A DNA stretch of 64,000 nt from Octopus vulgaris (GCA_951406725.2 OX597833.1:62744001-62808000), one strand, 5' to 3'; positions 13,824-27,639 are shown, counted from the stretch's first letter. A program made the numbers and translations. The notes: generated from the letters alone by a model not told the origin.

Positions 13824-14118
13824 TATATGTATATCTATGTGTCTTTGTGTCTGTCTGTCCCCTCGTAATCACACTGACTGATGTTGGTATGTTTACAGTT
13901 CGGCAAGTACTGGGAACACTCCTTCCGATTAGAATTCTTCAGGGCGGTGCCCCAGCATGGCCGCAGTCTAATGACTGAAACATGTCAGAGAAATACAAGA
14001 AATAAACGAAATACATACATACATACATACATATATATAGGCATACATACATACATACATACATACATATAGACATACATACATACATGCATACATACAT
14101 ACATACATGCATGCATAC

Positions 14119-14149
<31 letters not shown>

Positions 14150-14538
14150 GACATACATGCATACATACATATATATAGGCATACATACACACACATACAT
14201 ATATACATACATACACACACATACATACACACATACATACACACACATACATACATTCATACATACATATATACATACACACACACATCACACATATATA
14301 GGTACTCAAACACATACATACACACACACACATACATACATACACACACATACATACATACATACATGCATACATACATACATACATACATACATACATA
14401 CATACATGCATGCATGCATACATACATACATACATACATACATACATACATACATACATACATACATACATACATACATACATACATACATACATACAAA
14501 CATACACACGCAATTGAAACGGCGTTAGATTCAAATAA

Positions 14539-14578
<40 letters not shown>

Positions 14579-14965
14579 CATATTTGATATAATACAGAAA
14601 TGTAGAACGGAAGTGAGTGTGACGTCTTGTCCCACAGGAACTGCGCCAAGAGAGTTGTGTGTTAAAAAAATAACGGTCCACCAACGCTTGCTGCATATTT
14701 TAATAGACAAATCTTTACGAAGTTTCTCTCTGAAACAAAATATCACTGCAATGTTCTACAATTCTGTATCATGTTATAAATGTGTATAGAGTATATATCG
14801 TATTATATACATATATAAACATACGTACACACACGTACACACAGACGTGTCTGTATGTATATATGTATATATGTATATATGCACATATACATGCATTTCA
14901 AAGTAGTAAATTTCCTTCGCGAGTCCATAGTCATATAAGGCCGTTTGCTCAGATTCTATGGCGTA

Positions 14966-15237
14966 TCTATTATATAAAATCCGTTGTCTGTGTGTGTGTG
15001 TGTGTGTGTGGCTTCTAGGATCTCGGGCATCCTCCATCCGATTGCGCTCAAATTTGATATGTAGATACCGGTTCTATCTGTCTGTGTGTGTGTGTGTGTC
15101 TTCTAGGATCTCGGGCATCCTCCATCCGATTGCGCTCAAATTTGATATGTAGATACCGGTTCTGTCTGTGTGTGTGTCTTCTAGGATCTCGGGCATCCTC
15201 CATCCGACTGCACTCAAATTTGATAAGTAGATACCGG

Positions 15238-15287
<50 letters not shown>

Positions 15288-15775
15288 TCTAGGATCTCGA
15301 GCATCCTCCATCCGATTGCGCTCAAATTTGATATGTAGATACCTATTTCTTTATTACCCACAAGGGGGCTAAACATAGTGGGGACAAACAAGGATAGACA
15401 TAGGTATTAAGTCGATTAAATCGACCCCAGTGCGTAACTGGTACTTAATTTATCGTCCCCAAAAGGATGAAAGGCAAAGTCGACCTCGGCGGAATTTGAA
15501 CTCACAACGTAACGCAGACGAAATACCGCTAAGCATTTCGCCCGGCGTGCTAACGTTTCTGCCATCTCGCTGCACTCAAATTTGGTATGTAGATACCGGT
15601 TCTGTCTGTGTGTGTGTGTGTGTGTGTGTGTCTGTTCTAGGATCACGGGCATCTTCCATCCGACTGCACTCAAATTTGATATGTAGATACCAACGGTATC
15701 AGGGCGTGTATAAGTTTTGAAAAAAAATTACAAAAATCGATTCCCGGTGAGAATGCGATCGATAAAGCCGTGGGA
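14966..15775 (+). mobile_element. Helitron-like element (3'-truncated) with internally amplified tandem units
   Basis: A|TCTATTATATAAAA start, then five or more units of (TG)n-TTCTAGGATCTCGGGCATCCTCCATCCGATTGCGCTCAAATTTGATATGTAGATACC; no 3' hairpin/CTRR found. Confidence 0.55.
15344..15570 (-). mobile_element. SINE family B
   Basis: Reverse complement of 5682-5912; interrupts the tandem array. Confidence 0.88.
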
Positions 15776-16026
15776 ACGTGCATTTGTAAGATCGTTTTTC
15801 TTGGAATAGAAAAAAAGTCTATCTTTATTTCTTCTTTTGCTGGTGTCTCAAATTAGGTTAAATCAGTGTTTCTGAAAAGGGAGGCCTATGGGACGGTCGG
15901 ACAAGTTGTTTTGAAAAAATTTGGTTTAAATGTTTGACAACTCAGCACCGTGCATTGGACGGGGTGGGGTGGGGCATCGTTTTGCTCGTAATGTAACACA
16001 TTCTTTTATCCTGAACGGGAATATAT

Positions 16027-16227
16027 AACGGGAAGGTTTACGAAAATAAACAAAATACGAAGGCAGGTGGAGTACAAACAAACAATTGTATTAGTATGGC
16101 GCTCAGGAATAGAAATAAGACAAGTCTTTTATGTTTCGAGCCTACGCTCTTCGACAGAGAGATACACAGAAAAGAAATAAGGAGAGAAACAAGAAGAGAA
16201 AAAAAATGCGTGCAGGAGTTAACGATC
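16027..16227 (-). mobile_element. Penelope-like terminal-repeat fragment with hammerhead-like motif (family P1)
   Basis: Near-identical to 20256-20460; abuts (TA)n; minus strand contains CTGTCGAAGAGCGTAGGCTCGAAAC. PLE assignment is inference. Confidence 0.55.
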
Positions 16228-16388
16228 AGTTTTACCAGCTGAGTGAAATGGAACGACGTAAAAACAAATGTTTTGCTCAAGAGCGTAACGCATCGCCCGA
16301 ACCAGGAAGTGAAACCAAAATCTTACAATCACGAGTACGATGCTCTGACCGCTAAGGTACTCAACAACACACACACACACACAGCTTC

Positions 16389-16611
16389 CTGGCAGAAACG
16401 TTAGCACGCCGGGCGAAATACGTAGCCGTATTTCGTCTGCCGGTACGTTCTGAGTTCAAATTCCGCCGAGGTCGACTTTGCCTTTCATCCTTTCGGGGTC
16501 GATTAAATAAGTACCAGTTACGCACTGGCGTCGATATAATCGACTTAATCCGTTTGTCTGTCCTTGTTTGTCCTCTCTGTGTTTAGCCCCTTGTGGGCAG
16601 TAAAAGAAATA
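16389..16611 (+). mobile_element. SINE family B
   Basis: Matches 5682-5912, slightly 5'-truncated. Confidence 0.88.
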
Positions 16612-17345
16612 GCTGTGCAATTTGTTATCGGACTTAAATTTTCATAATAAGCATTGCTGGTTATAGACTGCCAGTGATGGTCATAGTGGATCAACAAGTA
16701 AATAGCAAATATCCATGTCAGCCTGTTTGCCTGCCTGCCTGTTCGCCTGCCCGCCTGCCCGCCTGCCCGCCTGCCTGCCTGCTTATCTGTCTGTCTGTCT
16801 ATTTGACTGTCTGTCTATCAGTCAGTCTGTATGCATGTATGGCAGCGATCGCTGTATCTTGAAACGAACACTTCGTGAGCAGAAACTTGGCTTTAATCCC
16901 AGACACCTTCATCTGCCTGAAAATGAAAACAACTGCACTATCGTCTGTCGAATGCCGGAATTGCTAGTCATATGAGATCTCATGACAGCGCTTACTAAAT
17001 CAAGAGGTGGCCTTCTTCTGGAAAAGAAGCGCCAATCATCACCATGTGAGTTCGATTCCCATCGGCGTGTTGTGTCCTTGAGCAAGACACTTTATTTCAC
17101 ATTGCTCCAAGCCACTCAGCTGGCAAAAATGAGTAGTACCTATATTTCAAAAAACCTGCTTTGTCACATTCTGTGTCACGCTGAATCTCCCTGAGAACTA
17201 CGTAAATCTGAGGGCGTCTGTGGGGTGCTTACCCACTTGTACATTAATTTCAAGAGCAGGCTGTTCCGTTGATCGGATCAACTGGAAACGTCATTGTTGT
17301 AATCTGCGAAGTTCCAGTATGTATGGGTATATCTGTATATGAGGC

Positions 17346-17946
17346 TAAGGCGGCGAGCTGGCAGAATCGTTAGCACGCCGGGCGAAATGCGTAGCCGTAT
17401 TTCGTCTGCGGCTACGTTCTGAGTTCAAATTCCGCCGAGGTCGACTTTGCCTTTCATCCTTTCGGGGTCGATTAAATAAGTACCAGTTACGCACTGGGGT
17501 CGATGTAATCGACTTAATCCGTTTGTCTGTCCTTGTTTGTCCCCTCTGTGTTTAGCCCCTTGTGGGTAGTAAAGAAATAGGTATTTCGTCTGCCGCTACG
17601 TTCTGAGTTCAAATTCCGCCGAGGTCGACTTTGCCTTTCATCCTTTCGGGGTCGATAAATTAAGTACTAGTTATGCACTGGATCGATATAATCGACTTAA
17701 TCCGTTTGTCTGTTCTTGTTTGTCCTTTCTGTGTTTAGCCCCTTGTGGGTAGTAAAGAAATAGGTATTTCGTATGCCGCTACGTTGTAAGTTCAAATTCC
17801 GCCGAGGTCGACTTTGCCTTTCATCCTTTCGGAGTCGATTAAATAAGTACCAGTTACGCACTGGGGTCGATGTAATCGATTTAATCCGTTTGTCTGTCCT
17901 TGTTTGTCCTCTCTGTGTTTAGCCCCTTGTGGGTAGTAAAGAAATA
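17346..17946 (+). mobile_element. SINE family B head-to-tail trimer
   Basis: Units 17346-17579, 17580-17762, 17763-17946; flanked by 18-bp direct repeat TATATCTGTATATGAGGC (17328-17345, 17947-17964). Confidence 0.9.
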
Positions 17947-18107
17947 TATATCTGTATATGAGGCGTGTATGTCAGTATGTGTATGCATTTACGTATGACT
18001 GCAACAGTGGCCGATTTTGAAGTCTCTTCCGGGCGTCTCTATATTATATAGTATACTTAGAACATTCGTGAAACTTCCTACATCGATCAAAAACAAGTTT
18101 TACTGCT

Positions 18108-18168
<61 letters not shown>

Positions 18169-18716
18169 TACACACACACACACAATGAAATAAATACACT
18201 AACATACTGTTGTTTAACCCGGGGGCTATTGTAGGAGAAACTTGCCTAAGGTGCCGCAAACCCGATCAGGAAAGAAATAAAATCGAATCGAAAATGTTTA
18301 AAAAAAGCTAACTGTTATTGAAAGTGTGATATTTAAATTCGATCTCAAAATAAAAATAAAATAAATAAATAAATAAAAGGATTGAACTTCAATCAATAAA
18401 TAGAAATTTTAGAGCCATGCATGTCTGTGTGGTTAAGAAGCCTGGGTTCGGTTCCACTGTACGGCACCTTGGGCAAGTGTCTTCTGCTACAGCCCTTGTG
18501 AACGGGTTTGGAAGACGGAAATTGGAAGAAGCCTGTCGTGTTTGTGTGTTTGCATGTGTGCGTGTGCGTGTGTATGTGTGTGTATATGCATTGACATACA
18601 TACATACATACATATATATACATATGTATATATGTATATATATATAAATATATATATACGTATATATATATATATATATGCGCATATGTGTACGTGTTTG
18701 TATGTGTGTGTCCATG

Positions 18717-18833
<117 letters not shown>

Positions 18834-18967
18834 CCATGTTGGTCCTTAAATCCTTAAAAATGTTTTAGCCCGAAGGCCGCGGCCATGCTGGGGCACCACC
18901 GCTGAATGAACTCAGCACAAGGTCCGTTGAACTCAGCACATTTTTACTCACTCCGTTTTTTCCCTTC

Positions 18968-19239
<272 letters not shown>

Positions 19240-20128
19240 GATAGATAGATAGATAGATAGATAAATAAAGACAGATAGACAGATGAATAGATAGATAGAT
19301 ATGTATGTATTGTGTGTATGTGTGATTGTGTCTATAAGTATATCTTCGTGCTTGTCTTCCGACCAACATTTGTAAACTTGTGTTGGTTTGTTCACGTCTC
19401 AGTGATCTAGCAGTTCGGCAAAACGATTATCGATAGAATAAGAACCAGTCACAAAAAGAAAACCTAAATAATTGGAGCAATTTGTTCGACTAAAAACCCT
19501 TCAAAGTGGTGCCCCAATATGGCCGCAGTCCAACGACTGAGACAGACGGAAAGATAAAGAAATTCCGAATAATATTCAAGAATGTTTCTTTAAAAAATTC
19601 TCTCTATTGCTCGTGACTCGGGGTCATCAAATTGTAAACTTCATAACAGAAATGTTAAACAGAGACAAAAAAAGAAATGACATGAAATTTTAATCTGTGA
19701 AAAATCTGTCTATATATATGGTGGTTCTATAATAGATATGTTGTGTTATATCGATTGTATTGTATCATATCCTTAAGCCATTGATTTAATTCAGTTATTC
19801 CACTCAAACCCAGTCAATATTTCAGTTTTTATAGTTTTTAATGTCGAAATATTTGAGGAGTTTCAATCATTTTTAACCCGCCAAATTCACCGCCACCACC
19901 AACCACCTTCACTAACGTTCATTTTCCACTTCGTCATCATTCCTGTCACACATACATACGCAGAGATACACTCGTACATGTATGTATGTGTATGTATGTA
20001 TGTATGTATGTATGTATGTATGTATGTATGTATGTATGTATGAATGTATGTAGGTACATGTGTGTGTGTATGGCGGGAAACCCTCTTATGATTGTCTTTC
20101 AAGTTGTCTGTCTATTGATCACTCTTTT

Positions 20129-20174
<46 letters not shown>

Positions 20175-20255
20175 GCACGTATTTCTCTCTATATAATACA
20201 CACACATATATATAATATATGCTTTATTTATAAATAAATAAATATATATATATAT

Positions 20256-20460
20256 AACGGGAAGGTTTACGAAAATAAACAAAAGACAAAGGCAGGTGGA
20301 GTACAAACAAACAAATGTATTAGTATGGCGCTCAGGAATAGAAATAAAACAAGTCTTTTACGTTTCGAGCCTACGCTCTTCGACAGAAAGATACACAGAA
20401 AAGAAACACGGAGAGAAACAAGGAGAGAAACAAAATGCGTGTAGGAGCTAACGGTCTATA
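20256..20460 (-). mobile_element. Penelope-like terminal-repeat fragment with hammerhead-like motif (family P1)
   Basis: Second near-identical copy; best-preserved motif at 20354-20391. Confidence 0.55.
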
Positions 20461-20896
20461 GGCATGGCGACGCAGATTTTCGTGCGTTAGCACTTACCAA
20501 GATTTTGGTTAAGTGCTAAAGCACGGAACTCTTGGATCTTGAGTCACTGCGCTGCTTCTGTTCAGTCCTACTGCGTGGCACCTTGGGCAAGTGTCTTCTA
20601 CTATAGCCTCAGGCCGATCAAAGCCTTGTGAGTGGATTTGGTAGACGGAAACTGAAAGAAGCCCGTCGTATATAAATGTGTGTGTGTATGTCTGTCCCTC
20701 CACCATCACTTGACAACCGATGTTGGTGTGTTTACATCCCCGAAACTTAGCGGTTCAGCGTAAAAGAGACCAATAGAATAAGTACTAGGCTTACAAAGAA
20801 TAAGTCCTGGGATCAATTTGCTCGACTTAAGGTCATGCTCCAGCATGGACGAAGTCAAATGACAAACAAATAAAAGAATAAAAGAATATATATATA

Positions 20897-21304
20897 GGCG
20901 CAGGAGTGGCTGTGTGGTAAGTAGCTTGCTAACCAACCACATGGTTCCGGGTTCAGTCCCACTGCGTGGCATCTTGGGCAAGTGTCTTCTGCTATAGCCC
21001 CAGGCCGACCAATGCCTTGTGAGTGGATTTGGTAGACGGAAACTGAAAGAAGCCTGTCGTATATATGTATATATATGTATGTTTGTGTGTCTGTGTTTGC
21101 CCCCCTAGCATTGCTTGACAACCGATGCTGGTGTGTTTACGTCCCCCGTTACTTAGCGGTTCGGCAAAAGAGACCGATAGAATAAGTACTGGGCTTACAA
21201 AAAAATAAGTCTCGGGGTCGAGTTGCTCGACTAAAGGCGGTGCTCCAGCATGGCCGCAAGTCAAATGACTGAAACAAGTAAAAGAGTAAAAGAGTAAAAA
21301 AGAG
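20897..21304 (+). mobile_element. SINE family A, full-length reference copy
   Basis: GGCGCAGGAGTGGCTGTGTGG (A-box-like), GGTTCAGTCC (B-box-like), internal (TA/TG)n, 3' stem-loop and (GTAAAAGA)n tail, in (TA)n; preceded by a second copy at ~20558-20885. Confidence 0.92.
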
Positions 21305-21796
21305 ATATATACACGCGACATCCTTTTCTACTTGAGGCCCAGTCGATTAGATCGATCTCTAGTAGGCAGCTGGTATCGAAAACCCCGACAGGATGATGAA
21401 AGGCAAAGTCGACCTCGGCAAGATTTGACTTCCTGCCAACAATTGTTACCACAACAATTACCAACGCCATATCCCCCCCACCTCCATCACATCAAATCCG
21501 TCTCCATTATCAATACCTTTCGTCTCCATCACGGCTTCACACAAACACATTCGTGTTTCGCGCCACCTTTTACACACGAAGACTCACACATACATGCACA
21601 CATTCACACACACACACACACACACGCTTACATACACACGCATTCACATACAGATACATACAATCACATTTTACACACATACACTCACACGCACACACAC
21701 ATACACATATACACATGTACCCACTTTCCTCTTCGTCATCTCCTCCCCCTCCACTTAATACATTCATTACACCTTTTGCTTCCTCCCTCTCTCTCT

Positions 21797-21985
21797 CTAG
21801 CTCCTTATAGACTCTCTCTCTCTCTCTCTCTAGCTCCTTATAGACTCTCTCTCTCTCTCTCTCTCTAGCTCCTTATAGACTCTCTCTCTCTCTCTCTAGC
21901 TCCTTATAGACTCTTTCTCTCTCTCTCTCTAGCTCCTTATAGACTTTTTCTCTCTCTCTCTGTCTAGCTCCCTTATAGACTCTCT
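21797..21985. repeat. Minisatellite CTAGCTCCTTATAGA(CT)n, 6 units
   Basis: Directly visible. Confidence 0.9.
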
Positions 21986-22977
21986 CTCTCTCTCTCTCAC
22001 ATTCATTCTACTTTCACAGTCGCGTAACCTCTTAGTCTTTCTATCCCTTTGCTCTCTCTGTCTCTCTCTTTCCTTCTTCCTTTTTCTCTCTTATCTCTTT
22101 AGAGACCCTCGCCCTCCCTTTCTCTTTAATCTCTCTTTCACAGCCACGACGCCTCTCTCCCTCCCTCTTTTCCCTTCACTTTGACAGTCACGACACCTTT
22201 TACCTTTCTCTCTTTATCTCTCCCTCTCCTTGTCTCTCTCTTTTCACTTCTTTAAAGTCTCTCTCTCTCTCTCTCTCTCTTTCCACTTTCACAGTCGCAA
22301 CACCTCTTCCCACTCTTCTTCGTTTAGCTCTGACTCCGTTTCTCTCTCTCTGCATCTCTTTCCCCCCACTTCCACAATCACGACACCTCTTACCCCTGTT
22401 TCCCTTTCTCTCCCCCTCTCCCTCTCTCTCAGTCACTTGAACACACCTCCTCTCCCTCTCTCTCTCTGTCTCACCTCTCCAATTTCACAGTCACGTTACC
22501 TCTTACTCGCTCTCTCTTTCTCTTTTACTCATTCTCTCTCTACCTTTTCTTTCGCGGCACCTCTTACTCTTCTCTTCATCCTCTCTACTTTCCTGGTTCG
22601 ACACCTCTTACCCACTTCTGCCGTCTGTGCCTGTCTGTCTCCTTTAGTTTCTCTTTCTCTCTCACTCTCTGCTCCTTTTTCTTCCCCCTTGGAATTTCTT
22701 CCACTTCTCTTAAAAGTTACATTAACCACCACCACCACAATCTCCACCACCTATATCGACTCCCTCTCTTACTTTCTCTAGTAATCTTTCTTATTCCGTT
22801 GCTCTCTCTCTCTCTTTCCCCTATTTTGTACGTCCTCTCTCTTTCTCACCTGTATGTTTTACACGCGCACACATTTTATATACACCTACACACACACACG
22901 CATATCATATACACAGCGTATCATATATAAAGGTACATACATATATAAGCCACTCACACAGGTATATCTATCTATCC

Positions 22978-23024
<47 letters not shown>

Positions 23025-23079
23025 CATCTAACTACACACACACACATCTATCTATCTATCTATCCATCCATACACACAC

Positions 23080-23146
<67 letters not shown>

Positions 23147-23406
23147 CACACACACATATATATATATATATGCCCCAGCATGGCCGCGGCCTTCGGGCTA
23201 AAACATTTTTAAGGATTTAAGGATTTATATATATATATGTATGCGTAGGCGTGGCTGTGTGGTAAGAAGCTTGCTTTCCAACCACATGGTTCCGGGTTCA
23301 GTTCCACTGCGTGGCACCTTGGGCAAGTGTCTTCTACTATAGCTTCGGGCCGACCAAAGCCTTGTGAGTGGATTTGGTAGACGGAAACTGGAAGAAGCCC
23401 GTCGTG

Positions 23407-23462
<56 letters not shown>

Positions 23463-23836
23463 GTGAGTGTATTTGCGTCTGCTTGACATACCGATGTTGG
23501 TATGTTTACATCTTCGTAACTTAGTGGTTCGGGAAAAAGACCGATAAAATAAGCACCAGGCTTACAGAGAATAAGTCCTGGAGTCGATTTCTTCGACTAA
23601 AAGGCGGTGCTCCAGCATAGCCGCAGACAAACTCCTGAAACAAACAATCGAAAAAAAATATATATATTCTTTTGTTCTTATATATATATTGAATTCCTAA
23701 ACGCATATACATACATGCACGAAACGCCTTAATTTTATAGATATCACATAACCGCTTACTATATACACATATACACACCTCATATTGTACAGTCAAAACA
23801 CAAACACAAATATATATATACATAAATATACATATA

Positions 23837-24203
23837 GGCGCAGGAGTGGCTGTGTGGTAAGTAGCTTGCTTACCGACCACATGGTTCCAGGTTCAGTCCC
23901 ACTGCGTGGCATCTTGGGCAAGTGTCTTCTACTATGCCTTGTAAGTGGATTTGGTAATGTATATATATGGTAATGTATATATATATATATTTAAGTGTGT
24001 GTGTATATGTTTGTGTGTCTGTGTTTGTCTCCCTAGCATTGCTTGACAACCGATGCTGGTGTGTTTACGTCCCCGTCACTTAGCGGTTCGATAGAATAAG
24101 TACTGGGCTTACAAAGAATAAGTCCAGGTGGGTCGATTTGCTCGACTAAAGGCGGTGCTCCAGCATGGCCGCAGTCAAAATGACTGTAACAAGTAAAAGA
24201 GTA
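23837..24203 (+). mobile_element. SINE family A (another copy at ~23243-23645)
   Basis: Same head, body and tail with small internal deletions. Confidence 0.88.
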
Positions 24204-24321
24204 AAAAAAAACAGAGTATACAAAGCATGCATTCCAAAAATATAAACACTAGCTGTTGTGTAAACACAAATCTATCCTGTGATATATAACAGTACACACA
24301 CATGCACGCGCACTGGATATA

Positions 24322-25262
24322 AACACACCTTTTAAAACAGTACATACGCACTAAGAAACAGTACATACATACACACACACGTATATTTGTTATTAACACA
24401 CCTTTTAAAACAGTACATACGTATACAAACACACTAAAAGAACAGTACATACATATATACACACACACTAAAAGAACAGTACATATATATACACACGTAT
24501 ATTTGTTATTAACACACCTTTTAAAACAGTACATACGTATACAAACACACTAAAAGAACAGTACATACATATATACACACACACTAAAAGAACAGTACAT
24601 ATATATACACACGTATATTTGTTATTAACACACCTTTTAAAACAGTACATACGTATACAAACACACTAAAAGAACAGTACATACGTATACAAACACACTA
24701 AAAGAACAGTACATATATATACACACGTATATTTGTTATTAACACACCTTTTAAAACAGTACATACGTATACAAACACACTAAAAGAACAGTACATACGT
24801 ATACAAACACACTAAAAGAACAGTACATATATATACACACGTATATTTGTTATTAACACACCTTTTAAAACAGTACACACGCACACACTAAGAAATAGTA
24901 CATACATATATACACACACACGTATATTTGTTATTAACACACCTTTTAAAACAGTACATACACACACAAACACACTAAAAGAACAGTACATATATATACA
25001 CACGTATATTTGTTATTAACACACCTTTTAAAACAGTACATACACACACAAACACACTAAAAGAACAGTACATATATATACACACGTATATTTGTTATTA
25101 ACACACCTTTTAAAACAGTACATACGCACACAAACACACTAAAAGAACAGTACATATATATACACACGTATATTTGTTATTAACACACCTTTTAAAACAG
25201 TACACACGCACACACTAAGAAATAGTACATACATATATACACACACACGTATATTTGTAAAC
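24322..25262. repeat. Modular minisatellite, 10 units of 73-116 bp
   Basis: AACACACCTTTTAAAACAGTACA recurs at 24322, 24395, 24511, 24627, 24741, 24855, 24936, 25018, 25100, 25182. Confidence 0.93.
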
Positions 25263-27461
25263 ACGAACACACCTTATAATGTAACAGTTACGCATATATA
25301 TACGTGTGTAAGGGAAATACAAATACACCTTATATACGCATAGACACATATACACACGTGTGAACACAGATGCAATTAATGTATAAGCACACACATTTAT
25401 GTATGAAACACAAACACCTTATAACAGAAAACACACACATACACAAGTACACATACATATACACACACACACACATATATATACACATACACACAGAGCC
25501 AGGCGATGCCGTGCCATAGACGCAATTGCAACCAATTCTCATCTCGGCGGACCCACCTCTCTCTCTTCTCTCCTCCTCAGGTTTTACGAAAGATGCCCTC
25601 CTCCCCTCTCTCTGTCTCTATCTCTGTCTCTCTGTCTCTCTCTCGGTTTCCCCCCCTCTGTCTTTACAACACACCTAACTCACACCATTCCCCCACCTTT
25701 CTCCTCCTCTTCCCCCCTTCCTCTCTCTCATCTTTTAGTTATCCGAACGGTACCAGCTGGAATCAAGGTGGTGGCTTTGCCTTTGTGTGGTTTTGTTCTT
25801 TTCTTTTCTTTTTTTCTCCCTGCTTCATTTTCCATTTAATTTCTTTCTTCTTTGGCATCTATCAACAGGAATTTTTTTTGGTTGCGAAGGAGCCTACTAC
25901 CACCACCACTACTACAACTACTATTACTACTACTACTACTACTACTACTACTTGCTTGATTAGTTTTCTTAATTAGTTGTCCGTTTTAACAGTTCCTGCA
26001 GTCGGTTTGTTGTTTGGTCAGGTCTTGTTGATTGGAACCTAGGTCCAAGACCCTTAAAAAAAGAGGAAAAAAAAAGAATACTGATGTTGGAATGTGTTCC
26101 TTCCAGTCCCGACTGCGCAGACCTAGGATAGAAAGAAAGAAAGAAAGGAAAAAAGGGAAAAAAACCCCCAAAAAAACAAACGAAAAAGTACAAAAATCAC
26201 AGAAAAAAAAATCCCATTCAAACAAAATATTTACGTTCCAGCTGTGACCATCTCTTTTATTTATTTATTTATTTGAATATCCAGGAATTACATTATTCAC
26301 TGCGGGGTTTATTTCTTCTTCCCCCGCCCCCACCGCTATGCTTTTTTCTTTCTTTTCTTTTCTTTTCTTTTCCTTTCTTTTTGTTTCATAAGACGGTTGG
26401 TAGAGTGCGAATTGAAGAAAACTTTGGCTGCTCTTTCTAGCAGATCGACCGACCGTATAAAAGCCATCACCACTACCACCACTACCACCACGGCCATTAC
26501 ATCTACCATCATCAGCATCATCACCACCATCACCACGAGCCTCTACCATCATCAGCATCATTACCACCACCACCACACCACCACAACCACCACCACCACC
26601 ACTACCACGGCTATTACATCTACCATCACCACCATCACCACCACCACCACCACAACCACCACCACCACCACGGCTATTACCATCATCAGCATCACCACCG
26701 CCACCACGAGCCTCTACAAACATCAGTATCATCATCATCACCACCATCACCACCACCACCACCACAACCACCACCACCACCACGGCTATTACCATCATCA
26801 GCATCACCACCGCCACCACGAGCCTCTACCATCATCAGTATCATCATCAGCACCACCATCACCACCATCTCGTTGGTCCGTTAAGCGAATGGTAAATACC
26901 ATTAGCAGGAGTGGTGGTGGTGCTGGTGGTGGAGGTGGCGGCGGCGGCGTTGAGGCTGAGAAAGTTCTTACCTACTTCTTGTTAAACACGATAGCTTCTT
27001 GGAGGGTTACCCCCCTGCATAACATCCTCCACCGTCGGAATGTACCAACGGATCTATATCTCACTGTGTCTGTCTGTCTGTCTGTCTGTCTATGTCACCC
27101 CACCACCACCACCTCTATCGTTCCTTCCGTGCCTGTCAGTCGGTCTGTCTGTCTGTCTGTCTGTCTGTCTGTGTGTCTTATCTAATTAGCTCTCATCATC
27201 TAACAACTGGGGTGAAATAGATATTCGCCAAAGCTGACTTTAGGAATCTGATTTCATGGGAAATTGCTGCAGAACTGTGTGTGTGTGTGTGTGTGTGTGT
27301 TGTGTACCTGTATTCAGGTATATAAATATGTGTGTGTGTGTGCAAAAAATATACATACATGCACACACAAATGCATACATACATGCACACATGCATATAT
27401 GCACACTTGCTCAAACTTAGGTATTTTTAAGATATCGGTAGTTTGGGCAGCATTTAGGTGT

Positions 27462-27504
<43 letters not shown>

Positions 27505-27639
27505 AACGTATATGCTTGCATAAATACATACATACATATGTACACATATACATACACAAGCTCATAACATGCATACATACATATATATGTGTGTGTATAT
27601 ATATATATACACACATACACACATGTATATATATGTATA

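Larger units (their letters stand above)
13045..14005 (+). mobile_element. SINE family A (diverged), split by nested insertions in its internal microsatellite
   Basis: Head 13045-13170, tail 13840-14005 ending CCCCAGCATGGCCGCAGTCTAATGACTGAAAC. Confidence 0.65.

Noticed and set aside
20897-20975. tRNA gene
   Set aside because: A/B-box-like head only, with no full cloverleaf or T-run terminator; it continues into a SINE body repeated more than 20 times
26397-27185. 262-aa Thr/His-rich ORF
   Set aside because: Built from degenerate (CAC/CAT)n with local duplications and ends in (TCTG)n; non-ATG start; no domain
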